From the NCBI GenBank assembly GCA_023515725.1, contig JALDTO010000215.1:397053-461052 (forward strand): DNA of 64,000 nt. The letters are read 5' to 3'. The stretch is from Amoeboaphelidium protococcarum X5 (lineage: Eukaryota; Fungi; Aphelidiomycota). Made by a program: the position numbers and the translations under genes. Below are positions 43,373 to 56,124 of this stretch, piece by piece (within the stretch, counting starts at the first letter, position 1; each line of letters begins with the position of its first letter). The notes beneath the pieces were generated by a model. The model had not been told where the DNA came from, ran no database searches, and saw nothing but the letters and a program-made list of their open reading frames with translations.

Positions 43373-46300
43373 TCAAACTTCCAAGTTCTGCATCACATCG
43401 AAAGATCCAGTACCGCCGTCAACTACCTTGCCCATAACAATTCTAGCGGAGGGATTCTTCAGTGAATCAGCATCAGCATACAGGGCAGAATTGGTCAGGA
43501 ATGTGAAGGAAGTCTCAAAACTCATCTTGGCAAATGGACTCACATTACTATCAATGCCCATACGGTTGAATGGTTTATATCCGCCTTCAAATGTCATATA
43601 ATCAGCAATGACAGTGAGATGCCTCAGATCAACTTCAATGCCATAGACTGCAAAAACACCACTGATTTCATTAATAATAGTCTTTCTGGCAGCCTCAACA
43701 CCGTACACTTTGAGAATTGCAGACACATCGTTAGACTCAATCTTCTGCACGTCCAGATAGCCATCGAAATCCCACATTCCTTGGATATTAACACCTTCCG
43801 TGGTCAGGATCAAACACTTCTTAACAGCATCCTCACTCACAAAAGCATTATTGACACCCGGAATCTCTCTGACCGTGCACTGAGGAATGATATGCTCAGC
43901 CATGCCCAACATGAGCAGCTTCTTTGCTTCAGCAGGTAGCTCTAACTAAATCTGACACCATTCACCGCGATCATCAAATTTATAGTCGACAATGTACATA
44001 TTACCATTGACAATATCATCTCTTCTGGCACGCGTTGACTCTTGAGAGTTGAAATTATCCAATTCTTCCAACTGCTCCAATTAATCAAGATTCTGAGGCG
44101 GCAAAACAATGCCATCTTCATTATCAGAATCCGGTGCATCAGGTACCACCTCTTCTTCATCTGGGCCATCATACGAGCTCTACTGCTTTCTCTTTGCAGC
44201 TCTAGTGGCCGCAGTCGCGTCAACGTCCATTTCATCGTCATGATCATCATCTTCCACTATAGACTTGACATCCTTCTTATCCTTTGCTTTACCCTTACCT
44301 TTTCCAGCACCAGCACTCTCACCTTCATCGCCATCATTCTCTTTCAAGGCGTGAGACGATTCACCAAACTTGTTCACATCAATACCAACACCGATTTCAC
44401 CTTCAGGTGATTACTCTGCTTGTTATGCCTTCTTCAATTCCTTATTAATGGCAGACACCAGCTTCTTCACAAACTTCTTCTCTATGCAAATCTGGATATC
44501 TTCCGATGATATTCCATGCTCCTTCTTGTACTCTGAGCTATCACCAAATTTCAAATTAATCGTATAACTTCGCGTTCTGCCCATCATTGAAGACTTTGGC
44601 GAGGTGAGATATTCAACTACCGATACCTCCTGTACCATCATGTCCAATGTCCGCTTAGATATCAGTCTAGCAATAGCATCAGCTTGATCTCGAGTAACAT
44701 CAGATTTGAAAGCAACCTTCATCAGAGGTGTCTTTGGCTTAGTACTGGCAGTCATAATAATTTCTCTCAATCTCGGAATACCCAGAGTCATATTCGCTGC
44801 ACCGTGACCGGCAAAGTGAAAAGTGTTCAACGTCATCTATGTGGACGGTTCACCAATAGACTATGCGGCCAGTAGGCCAATCACTTCACCAGCATCTACC
44901 AGGGAGTGCACGTACTTCAACTGCATAAGAGTCTTGAAAGCGTTGGCGTTAAGTAAGGCTTCATCTTTAAACATTTGCTTTGTGAACAGGCCATCAGGAT
45001 CGCGGCTAATGTAACTATCCAATTTAGAAGCAAAACTCTCCGAAACTGAACCAAGATACCTACCAGGATTATACTGAGAGAGTGTAGGCTCGTACTTGTG
45101 AGGTTTACTCAGTGCTTTCTACAGATGCTTGCATGCTTTCTTGATGTTCATAGAATTAGCAGCAGCCTGTGGATTATACTTTTTCAGGAACGCTTAGAAA
45201 TTTTGAGCATTAAACTTGAAGTTGTTCAGGAAGGAGGACTTGGTGACATCCAGAGAGTCTTCACCATAGTTGAACTACAGAATTGACCCATCTGCAGTAT
45301 CTCGCACGGTATTGTCATAATTCACCTTCAATCCTTCTAAATGCTTGATGAGACATCTTTGCAAGTATCCAGAACGCGCAGTCTTAACAGCAGTATCGAT
45401 AAGTCCTTCTCTACCAGCCATGGCGTGAAAGTAAAACTCTTAAGGCTTAATGCCGGTCAAGAAACGACCCGTGATATAACCACCAGCTCTCGGACCCAAA
45501 TCGAAGGCCAAGAAAGATGGTAAAGTCTTACCACTGACCATGACGGGAACTCTTCTACCTTCCAACTCCTGCTAACCCAACATACAGCTAATCTGAGTCA
45601 CATTAACATTGGAACCCTTTGCACCAGAAGTGGTCATAAGTTGCATACCATTCTCAGGGAATGGCTTAAATAGGCCATTAGGAATAAGAGTCTTCACCAC
45701 ATCAGTCGTCACGCTTCCAGTCTTACCCTTCATCTTGTTATCCAACGCTGCCAACTTATCATCACTTCTCGTAGTCTCTTCCAAAGCTTCGTACAACTTC
45801 TACTTCTACAATGACAACAAAGTCTTCTAGGCCTTCATGCGAGCCTCTGCGGACACATTCTTATCCGCCGCAATCTTCTTCAGTCGCTTCTCCAGCGGAG
45901 TATCTGCAATATCCTTCTGCCTCCAATCGTCTCCAAATGCAAACTCTTTAAGAATGTCTTCACCTTGCTCGAGAGCAGTCTTGATCTTTTGTCGACGAAG
46001 CTCCTCATGTTTAGACTACATTGATTAAATATGATAACAATAACATTATAACTCGTATGTATATGTCAGGCGGCCGAATAGAGATACGTCTAAAGTACGG
46101 CAACTAAGAAATAAGAATCTTCAGCCGTTGTGATAACAAACTCTGTCATTAAAGACCAACTACACGAGTGGGTTCTCCAAAGTTTTTAAGTTTGGCTCTC
46201 GTGTGAAATTGATCGACAGACAATTCACAAGGCGTCATCATCAGATCTTAATTCATAATAGCCCTGCTACCGCTTTGTATTCCATATACGCACCGCCGAA

Positions 46301-48824
46301 ACAACAATTCGACTCTTACCTTAACAATCAAATCATCCACTCTACAAGTAAATCCAGTCATCTGAGAGTACATGGTGAACAGTCGGCCCAGGGTGGTCAA
46401 GAGCAGCCCAGCCGTGTCCGGACCGTACACTTCAAAGCAGGCATGCACAAGACCATTAGGCTTTGCACCAAACTACTTCTTATCTAGTATACCAGTCAGC
46501 AACTCTCCATCTCTAACAATGACGGCACCCTCTTCAGTGTCCACAACCTGTTCGACACTCCAAGACTTACCAGGCACCTGGGACTTGGACTCCATATTCA
46601 GAGGCTCCTTGCTCAAAGTGAGATTGGCCAAGACGGTAGAAATCACCTGCTTACCAGTCCACAACTACTTTGGCTTTACAATTGCAGGAGGCAAAAGCTT
46701 TAGACGTTTTCCATTATCAGGCAGACATGCATATATCAGCTGAACGTACTTATCCTTGGGTAAAAGAGTATTTTTACTAGTCATCAACACACCAATAACA
46801 ATATGATCTTGGATCAGACCGCGGAGAGGCGAACCATCAGTAGGAACCAGATACTAATTATTGGTGTTCATAATCAGACGAGCCTCAGCTTGAGCCAGTG
46901 GGTTCTACGGAAAATGGATGTTCATTTCATCACCATCGAAATCGGCATTGTAAGTGTTACAATTAGCGTAGTGCATTCTAATCGTCTTCTCCTGAGGTAG
47001 AATTCTGGCCATATGACCCATAATGGACGGCTTGTGCAAAGTGGGTTGACGATTCAGGAGAAGCATATCACCATTCTTGAGATGGCGATTAACCTTCTTA
47101 TTCACAAACTCTTAATCTTCACTCTGCATACGGCCAAATGAAGATGATGGTGTCAGCAGACTGTTGGCCACAGCAATTCGCTTATCCTTCGACAAGGATG
47201 TCAACATGATCAGGGAGCCATCTTCATTCTGAATCGATACTGCACCAGGATAAGTATTAGGTCCATTGATAATCGCCTTTCTAAGTTCTTACATGTTGAA
47301 TGGAGTCACCGGCTCCGGATACGTAAGCTTCCTGGCAAAAACCATCGGAATACCAATCTCAGAAGTCTAAATCATCGGATCTGGGGAAATGACACTTCTA
47401 GCTGCAAAATTGACACGCTTGCCCATCATATTTTTACGGAAAAGACCCTCCTTCTTCTCCAAAATCTACTTTATACCAGGAGGAACCACCTTTGACTTTG
47501 GATTCTTGGTAGAGTCTATGAGATTATTCAAATTCTCTTGCAATAGAACCCAGGCATTAATAATGTTACGGAATTAATTGGCATCCGCATCCTTGAGATC
47601 CTGAGATGAATTTTATGACTAATCAGCACCAGCCATGGCTGCCAACTGCTACTCATCCTTGCTCTGCTAGGCTGCTTGTTTACTCTCTTAACGAAGCTCC
47701 ACTATTCTGTTATTGTGCTTTATAATCTCTGTCAAATAGCCATTCTAAGCGTGATCAAACTATTTATCGCCCATCTTAGAGATTGGACGAAACTTGTTAG
47801 GCGGAACGGCGACAACTTCCATAAAAAAGTGCTCAAAGCTACTTACACGATGTCCGCCAGTTTCGCTATTATCAACAGATCCAAAGAGCAGGTTAAGCAT
47901 GGACTATTCCTTCTCATAAAGTCTACGTAGATGCTCTTTAGTCTCCACGGGAGTCAGATAAATGCCTTTAACCTTATTCGGGCTATCATCCTCATCCTCA
48001 TGTAGTAGATGATCGTTATTCGACTCATCGAGATCATCATCATCATCATCATTGACATCATAGCCAATGACGCGAGATTTCATACCAATAGCAGCATTGA
48101 TTGCCTGATCCTTCTTACTTAGAGGCTACTGAAAGATCTTGGTGTTCTGCTCTTTACGCAGAGTTGGACTCTTGGCACCACAATTCTCACACTTCTTGAC
48201 TGCTTGAGCAAGCGACAGAAATTCCTTGACAGCCAGCCGGAGAACATCATTTGCGAGCATAGTCTTCTGACCAACATTAGATGGCCCACAGCCATTCTTA
48301 TGATTCTTGATAGATTTCTTGACATACTTTTAGATATTAGCGCATATAAACTCTTCATCAACGGGAGTAAGATCCTCAGGATCAGTTTTCAGACTAAAGT
48401 CCATACCGTCCATCTCCAAAGCTTCCAGGACACAACCGTTATGCAGCAACTACAACTTGGCTTCATGACGCGCGACGCGTGCCGTTTTCATCTTGAACGA
48501 GTGGCAGCAAAGACACGTAGACTTTAGCAGGGTGAACAGCATCTTGAAGAGCAGAGGGTGATACGCAGGTACGGTCAACTCGATATGACCAAAATGGCCA
48601 GCACAGCTAAAGAAATTCAATTTACACGTGGAACATAGTTGCTATTTATCAGTAGGACCAAGCTGAGGATCGTACAGGCCACCGTCAGTAGGCTATCTTG
48701 TGGTGGGATCAAATGTCACGGGATTATCAATTCTCTTCACCGACAATGCTTTCACATTATTAGAGTCAATGAACGAGAATGACAATCCCTCAATCTCTGT
48801 ACTAATAGGCACAGAGAAATTCAT
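43373..48824 (-). CDS. RPA1: RNA polymerase I largest subunit
   Basis: [64 protein letters not shown]; single intron 46016-46319. Confidence 0.97.
46114..46250 (-). ncRNA. Candidate intronic box C/D snoRNA
   Basis: Within the RPA1 intron: box C (ATGATGA, 46241-46235), box D (CTGA, 46124-46121), closing stem taagatc/gattctta and internal hairpins. Confidence 0.6.
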
Positions 48825-49809
48825 GGTCTTCTATTGATGTTATAATCTTTTACCGTTTTGCGTATTTTTCAAAGAATGAAATTCGGTTTTCTCTTCACTC
48901 ATTTTCAGCATCGCGATAGTTTCCGATTTGAGCGCAACAGACTTACACGGCACACTCTTTGCAGATTTCTCCGTCATCTATGCTAAATATATTATTTAAC
49001 TTTGATGATTGTTGAGGTTTATAATTTACGCCACATCGACATGCCTATGTCATTCTTGCGTTGCGAAGTTTTATTGTTTGGCGTTTCTGGAATTTGAAAA
49101 GGTGGCTATGTGAAAATACCGGCATGCATTGTGATGTACTGTACGCGATATTTGCGATTGAAGTTGTATGTACTAATTTATGTATACTTTAGTCTTTTTG
49201 ATATAGTGGCAAGTTCTTACAACTTAAATTTAAATTTCACAAAACTTCAAGTACGCATCAATTAGTTTTCTAAACAATAGGCTTAAGTGGAAAATACCGT
49301 AAGAAAGATATTGTTTAGCCTCTTTCATATTGATATCAAATTGGGGGAATAATACAGCATCAATTTTGTAATTAACCGCGCGTCATTCATCTATAATTTT
49401 TATCTATATGTGATATGGGCCATACAGTACCTATCAAAAAAGTCGGAAACGTGATGTTGAGATTTTGGTGAACTTGGCCGCTCAGGTGAGATTACTGTAG
49501 ATGTTGAGGCGATCCAGCTAACATCAGAGAAGAATTTAAAAGTAGTACCTTACGTCTTTGAAGATAAATTTCATATATTTGATTAACAATTAAGTTTTTG
49601 AACCTATTAAACAGCACTGCTAACAGTTTGGCGCAAAGCTGATCTGCTTAAGAGAGTATTATTTGTTTACCGCTGAACCTTCATCAAGGGGGGAAATTTA
49701 GAAACTTGCTCCGTATTTCACATGCTACTCGAAGGCATACAGATTTATTGCTCTTCTTTCTTTCTGAAATACAATTTCAATTACATATCTGAGTCTTGAT
49801 TTTTAAAAT

Positions 49810-50337
49810 ATGCGCGTTATTCTGCTATCTCTTTTTGCTATTGCTATCAGTGCTATGGGTCCTAATGGTAATGAATAATCAAGAGAGCCTCTATTGTATT
49901 CTGATGGAAACAATGGTCTATTCGGCGGTATCAAGAACATATTCGATATCAGAGCAGCATCGGCAGAGGCAAAGTAAGTATTAAGAGATGCAAAGTTGCA
50001 GGCTTAAAAAGTGCTCCGCGATGCTAAATTGCAGGCTGATGATTTGATTAGCAAAGCAAGGATTGAGGCTGCTAGTACGATGTCCCAAACTTCTGATCAG
50101 GTGAGTCAGTTGCAATCGGTGATCAAATAGCTACAAGAAGTCGCCGAGAGAATCAGATTTGTCGAGTCTGCGAAAGACAAGTCCACGACAGGATTTCCGA
50201 TATGTGTTCGCTGGGAATAGGTCATTTCCTACGCAGATCATGGCAAAAAGTATATTGATACTGGATACGAGCCAATTGCCTTAGGTGGAGATAATGGTTA
50301 CCATATTTTATATCGTAAATGCGTTAGTTATGCTTGA
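49810..50337 (+). CDS. Small secreted protein, coiled coil plus C-x-RWE/GYEP/RKC module (paralogue A)
   Basis: 175-aa code-6 ORF; signal peptide MRVILLSLFAIAISA; (VLRDAKLQA)x2; C-terminus CVRWEQ...DTGYEPIALGG...YRKCVSYA. Confidence 0.8.
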
Positions 50338-50865
50338 AGTATGAAATACGGAGCAATGAGAATAAAATGTTTAATATAACATCGTAGGTTTTGAAATTTT
50401 TAAAATATGATCTACTGCAAGAGCATCACGTCTAGATGAGCTACTACTTTATCTTTTGCATCCGCATGCGACATTGACCGAAGTTATACCATCGTTTTAC
50501 CAACTTCGCAAGCATCCGGCTTTTAAATTAGCGTCATTGTGTGCTATTAAGTATTGCAACGTGGTTCAGCCTGATTCGCATAACGGGATAACTTTATGAT
50601 CAGTGCTCATAAAGAACTTCCCCTGGTCTTATGAAACTGCAATAGGAGGGTTAGTCGTTGTTGGACAGTAACGTTTGATTCTCTTCCTTGAAGGGTAACT
50701 GGTCTGAATATTTGTAGAAAGGTTACCAGTTCAAACTACGGCCATTCTCACATTTCTCACTTTAAAACATTTTAGTTTCACAGATTGTCTGCGCCACGCG
50801 TTTCTCTTTTATAATCGCGTTGCGTTCGGAGGATTAATCAAAACCTATTCCCATAGCAGAAAGTC

Positions 50866-51939
50866 ATGAGTAATGAACATTAAAATGATATAAATATTGA
50901 CGCAATTCTATCTGGAGTAGCTTCTTTAGGTCTTGGCTAAAAGTCGCCTATTGCGTCAGAAGTCTTGGCCTTCTCTGCGTGGAAGATCAAACCGGTTGAG
51001 GACCTATTGAAGTTGAATGAGTCAAAAATTGGCAATCTGAGAGATATGGTGGACAAATATCTGGCTGTAGATGTAGCTGTTTAAGATCTGCCGCTGCTGA
51101 ATGACACGTTGGAGAGCTCTTATGTTATAACGCCTTATAAAAGCGTTGTCGATCCGGAACCTAAACCGAATTTATTGTTAGCTGTCAGCACAATATTCTA
51201 TTAAAATGCATTGGCGAACAAGGCGATTACACCGGAACGTTTGTGTGACACTTTAAACAAGTATAGCGCCATTGTGCCCAGGAAAGTGTTGCAGTTAATT
51301 ATCACCAATAAGTTTGAAGATGTGGATTTCTTTATGTATCGTTCTTCAGCTGATGGCCCGGTATATATTGATAGAAAACATAGTTATCCCACGAATCCCG
51401 GATCTATAGGTATGCAATTCGAGAAAGCGGTGATTTAAGAGTCCAAGTTGGACTACCATCGATTCTATGGTGTTTTCAATGTAAAAATTGGCGACTTGAA
51501 CATTTGCTCCACCGGTGAAGTTGACGGTGTTGACCAAAAGGGAAATATCATTGAAGTGAAAACTAAGCCTGTCTGGGTCAGAGATACCTCACGCAATTTT
51601 GATATTTGGGCATAGTCTGTTATCGCTAACGTCAAGACAATAATGTTTGCAAAATTTACAGCTGAGCGTGGAGTGTACAATGGACCTGTTACGTTCTCTA
51701 GTAAAAATATTGCTATATAGAGTCCGGATGATTTTATGACTGATGACCTCGATATTCGCGTCAAGAATGGATTAAATTTTCTATAAAAGATGTTGAAAGC
51801 TTGTCAGTCTCCAGGCAAAGTTTATAGCGTGATCGGATCAGGTCGAACTCCATCTGTCACAGAAGCACCGAACCACAAATTCCCGCTATCTACAGAGCTG
51901 ATCATGAATTTAGCCAAATTGCATTGTGAAGAAGCTTGA
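50866..51939 (+). CDS. Divergent DXO/Rai1/Dom3Z-family decapping exonuclease
   Basis: 357 aa; family motifs in order: PRKVL (I), GMQFE (II), GEVDG (III), IEVKT (IV), IWAQS (V, Q encoded by TAG). Confidence 0.8.
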
Positions 51940-52359
51940 ACTTGCATGATTAAATATATATGAATTACGCATTGCTTTTAACCGTCGTCCAGCTAACTAA
52001 ACACCGCCCCAATCTGCGAAATGTCAACGCGGGCAGGGGGAGCAGGGACAAATGATCGTCCACAGATGCTTTCTAACAATTACTTCATCTATGAAATTAC
52101 TATGACCAGTATACTCTTCAGATTCATCGATTGATATGTTTAGTTCGCCCACGTGTGATATGCCTATTGTTCAACGTCACAACAATTGATCCCATTGATG
52201 ATGTAGCAAGTAGCAAGAACGTGAATCAAAAACACGAGGAGATTAACGTTGATATCCGGTCTTGTAATGATTATATTCTTGTTCATAGTCATCATTCATA
52301 ACTTTATAATTAATATCTTCCGTCTCAAATAAAGACAACACTGGTAATACCTGATAATA

Positions 52360-52674
52360 ATGCGTATCGAATTGCTATCATTGCTATCTGCGGCCACTGT
52401 AAGTGCAATGTATCCTAATTGGAATGGTCAAGCTGCTGCATATACATAACCTCCTAATTAAAATGGCCAGGCTGCTGCATATGGGTAACCTCCTAATTAA
52501 TATGGCCAGGCTGCTGCATATGGGTAGCCCTATGGTGCCTCCGGCTGTGCTCGCTGGGAGATGTAAAGTGATTATAAAGAAAAATAACAGTAATAATTAC
52601 TTTAGAGTGGGTACGAACCATTTGCTGTTAGTGGTGGTCGGGTGTATTTTCGAAAATGCATCCAATTGGCTTGA
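52360..52674 (+). CDS. Small secreted protein, Gln/Ala/Pro repeats plus C-x-RWE/GYEP/RKC module (paralogue B)
   Basis: 104-aa code-6 ORF; signal peptide MRIELLSLLSAATVSA; (PNQNGQAAAYGQP)x3; C-terminus CARWEM...QSGYEPFAVSGGRVYFRKCIQLA. Confidence 0.82.
52414..52530. repeat. 39-bp coding tandem repeat x3
   Basis: cctaattaaaatggccaggctgctgcatatgggtaacct-like unit repeated three times. Confidence 0.9.
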
Positions 52675-52730
52675 AGGACTATAAGAATAAATTCATAAAT
52701 TATAAAATATCTCTTTCCAGTAACCATAAG

Positions 52731-54144
52731 TCAGATTTTATAAATTTTTATGAGAGCAGATCTCTCTTCCAAGCGCTTACATCTTCTAGTGTCAGCTTCA
52801 TTGTGTCTCTGACGATCTTGATCAGAGTGAGGCTGCACATCGGGAATGTCCACTCGGCTGTGCTCTTTATACTTTTCACCCTTCACTGTGGCCAGGACGG
52901 TCATGTAGCCGTCATTAGTAAACTGCAGATCATCATTGAATGCATCAGTTGGAGATTTCGAGTGCACGGTAACGTATATCTCCAAACTGGTTTTCCACAC
53001 ACGCGTCACCTTGGCCTGGATGCGAACGAAATCGCCCACCGTAGATGATTTGCGAAAGTTGAGACTGTCGATTGACACGGTATGAAATATCAAGTCTTTA
53101 TCAACTATGCGAGACTGGTGGGCGTGTCTCATTGCAGCCATTATCGCACACTCTTCCATACACTACAAGATGTAACCGCCAAATGTGATACCGAGAGCAT
53201 TAGCATGCTGAGGCATTATAATCTTCACAGACTCGGCATGAGGATCATTAATCTATTCAGTACGCCCACCTTCACCTTCCACCTAAACTACATTACCACC
53301 GGAATCTACAAAATCAACCTAAGCCGGCTTCATCAATTCACTCTGAGCCTTCTTCAATGCCAATCTCGCCTATTTCCTCACCTCTGCCAGTTCAAAATCT
53401 TTAATCTCCTTCTCACTCTCCGGACTGACTGGACACACGTGCACCGCTTTACCGTCTTAGATGGCCACAAACGTCAAGTACGCTACATTAATACATATGC
53501 TTTAATCAATATATTAAAAATGCATTTATTATTAGTAATACCTTGACAGCAAAACTCGCGTTCACCACTCATATGATCTTCTCTGTACAGTTCGACGCAA
53601 ATCTCCATACTGCTCCTGAATGCTCTTGTTATAGTACCGCTGACACACATTATATCTCCCACATTCACGGGCCTAACAAAATGGATAGAATCTAGGCTGG
53701 CAGTAACACACGCAATCTAAGAATGAGATTTGGCCACAATACCCGCACAGATATCGATATGAGACAAGATAGTTCCAGCTACATACACCCAATATGGTCA
53801 TATCATTCATCCATTGGATCGCGACAATAACGATAAATATACTTACCGTAGGCAACACCGGAGCGATCGGCCTGGTGAGATAATAGAATTTCATGCTTAA
53901 CAATAGAGGACAGGCGAGGCGGTTTCGGTGTAGTTGATATGGACAGAGTTCTTCTGCTACGAAGCCATTGTGGAAGTTGAGTGATTCTCCTGCCAATGAC
54001 ATGCATCAGAAAGTAACGAAAGATGACAGCGAATGTGGATATCATAGCCTTCTTCACCGAATGCGGCAGAATATACTTCATAAGCCATGGCACAGCAATT
54101 AATCCAGCTGTCCTCAGACTTCTCAAATTGATCTCTATAATCAT
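52731..54144 (-). CDS. Double-hotdog acyl-CoA thioesterase (ACOT7/11/12-like)
   Basis: VGDIMCVSGTITRAFRSSMEI, IIMPQHANALGITFGGYILQCMEECA, IDSLNF...VGD...VWKTSLEI; several short introns; start codon uncertain. Confidence 0.87.
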
Positions 54145-54335
54145 AACCTTGTTGTCTATGATAAGTTAGTTGATCACCTACAGTTAAGTAAGTTCCGAAA
54201 GAAGAGAACTTACTAAGAGGAAAGGTGGTGATAAATATCAAATATAACACAAAAATGAATTAAAGTCGTAGATAATAATAAGTATATCAAAGTCAATACT
54301 ATATCAATATCATGTGAGTTCATCTGAAAGACAAA

Positions 54336-55736
54336 TCATAGGAGCAACTTTCGCGGATCCTCAATAATCTCCTTGATAGTCTTCAGGAATGTCACACCCT
54401 CCCTTCCGTCAATGAGCGAGTGGTTATAAGTCAGTGCCAGGTACATCATTGGACGGACTTCAATCTTGCCATTGACAACGACAGCTCTATCCTTGATGGC
54501 GTGCATTCCCAGAATGGCAGACTGAGGTAGGTTAATGATTGGAGTACCAAACATACTGCCAAACACTCCTCCATTAGAGATGGTGAACGTTCCACCAGCC
54601 ATGTCCTCAATAGAGATCTTGTTATCACGCGCCTTGTTACTAAACTCTGCAATAGCCTTCTCAACGTCGATAAATGACAGCTTTTCACAATTTCTAATCA
54701 CTGGAGTAACTAGGCCTTTTGGCGTAGCTACAGCGACACTAATGTCAACAAAGTCGTGGTACACAATAGTTGGATCTTCATTTTCATTGCTTGGATAGAC
54801 AATACTTCCATTCACAGCAGGCACTGCTTGCAGAGCAGCGACAGATGCCTTAACAAAAGCACTCATGAATCCCAACTTAAAACCGTGCTACTTAAATACC
54901 TCATCCTTGTACTTGCTACGGAACTCCATCAAACTGGACATATCAACCTCATTGAAGGTGGTCAGAGATGCAGCGGTATTCTAACTCTACTTCAATCTCT
55001 CCGCAATACGCTGTCTCATTCTGTTCATCTTCACGCGTCTCTCTCCTCTGAAAGCATCAGGGAGAGGATAAGTTCCCGGTACCAAGCCTTCTTTAAATAC
55101 CAAAGGTTAAGCGTCTACTTAAGCCTGAGGTTTGGATGGAGCAGGTGCGCTTTAAGAGGTGGAAGCCTTGCTTGAGTATACGCGCTCATCACCACTCGAT
55201 GAAGATGCCTTCTCCTTCGGTGCAACTGGCTTGGATTACTCAGTCTTCTACTCTGACTAAGTGGATGAAGTAGAAGTGGAAGAAGATGCTTATTCCTGCT
55301 GCTGCTGCTTCGACTCGCTCTTATCCTAACTTTATGTAGATGAAGATGACTCTGACGGCTTCCCGTCCAAGTCAAGCTTGTAGAAATCTTGACCAGTCTG
55401 CACACTATCTCCCTCCTTGAAGAATTGCTCCACAACAACACCTGATTCTGGACTGTTAAATTAGACATCCACCTTGTCAGTCTCAATAGTGGCCATCAAC
55501 TCATCCTACTTTACGTACTCACCAACTTTCTTCTCCCAGCGAGCCAGTTCTCCCTCAGTAATACTGTCCGCCATCTAAGGAACCTTGATGACCTTGTGTG
55601 CATACCAGCGATTGGACAACACACGGCTCGCACCGATTCTTTTCAATAAAGCGACTCTACACAATCAAATTATGAGATAAATGCTTAAAAATAATTGAAA
55701 AACTTACTTTAAATATTTCTAAGATGATATGATCAT
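54336..55736 (-). CDS. KGD2: Dihydrolipoamide succinyltransferase (OGDH E2)
   Basis: Lipoyl motif [42 protein letters not shown]; one 5' intron near 55658-55707. Confidence 0.96.
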
Positions 55737-56124
55737 GATAGTTCTTTTTGGTAATTTAGAACTGAAAAATTCTCTCCCTCGTCTTTTCTCTTGAAGGAAC
55801 AAAATAGAAAATTTAGTTCTGTGTGAGAGGATGAGAGAAAGGCCAGGGAAGAGAAGAGAAATCGTCACCACAGAGAGATTGAAAACGCGCACTATAACTG
55901 CAAGAAGAACAACCTCCACCAAGAACGTTCCATGTACTCTTTATTATTTTCCTTTACAATGAACACGCGGTTGATAATCATGTGGGTGGTAAGGCTATTT
56001 TTATACCATGACACTGATTTCCGAGTCGTAGCAACAGGCTCATCTCAACAACCTTCAGTGTCCACAGGCTGTAACTTATTTTTATAGATCCTCCTGAGGA
56101 ATCACAGTAATAATTACAAACGAA

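Noticed and set aside
46016-46319. Group I/II intron or intein in RPA1
   Set aside because: It has canonical GTAAGA...TGTAG spliceosomal ends, contains no ORF and is too short for a recognisable ribozyme core.
32906-51939. Argonaute + RRM-like orphan + DXO as an RNA-defence cluster
   Set aside because: They are separated by UGGT, BolA and RPA1 over 15 kb, and proximity in a compact eukaryotic genome is weak evidence.
52403-52684. 93-aa ORF with LLINMARLLHMG repeats
   Set aside because: Wrong frame. The frame from ATG 52360 gives a signal peptide and the domain shared with 49810-50337.
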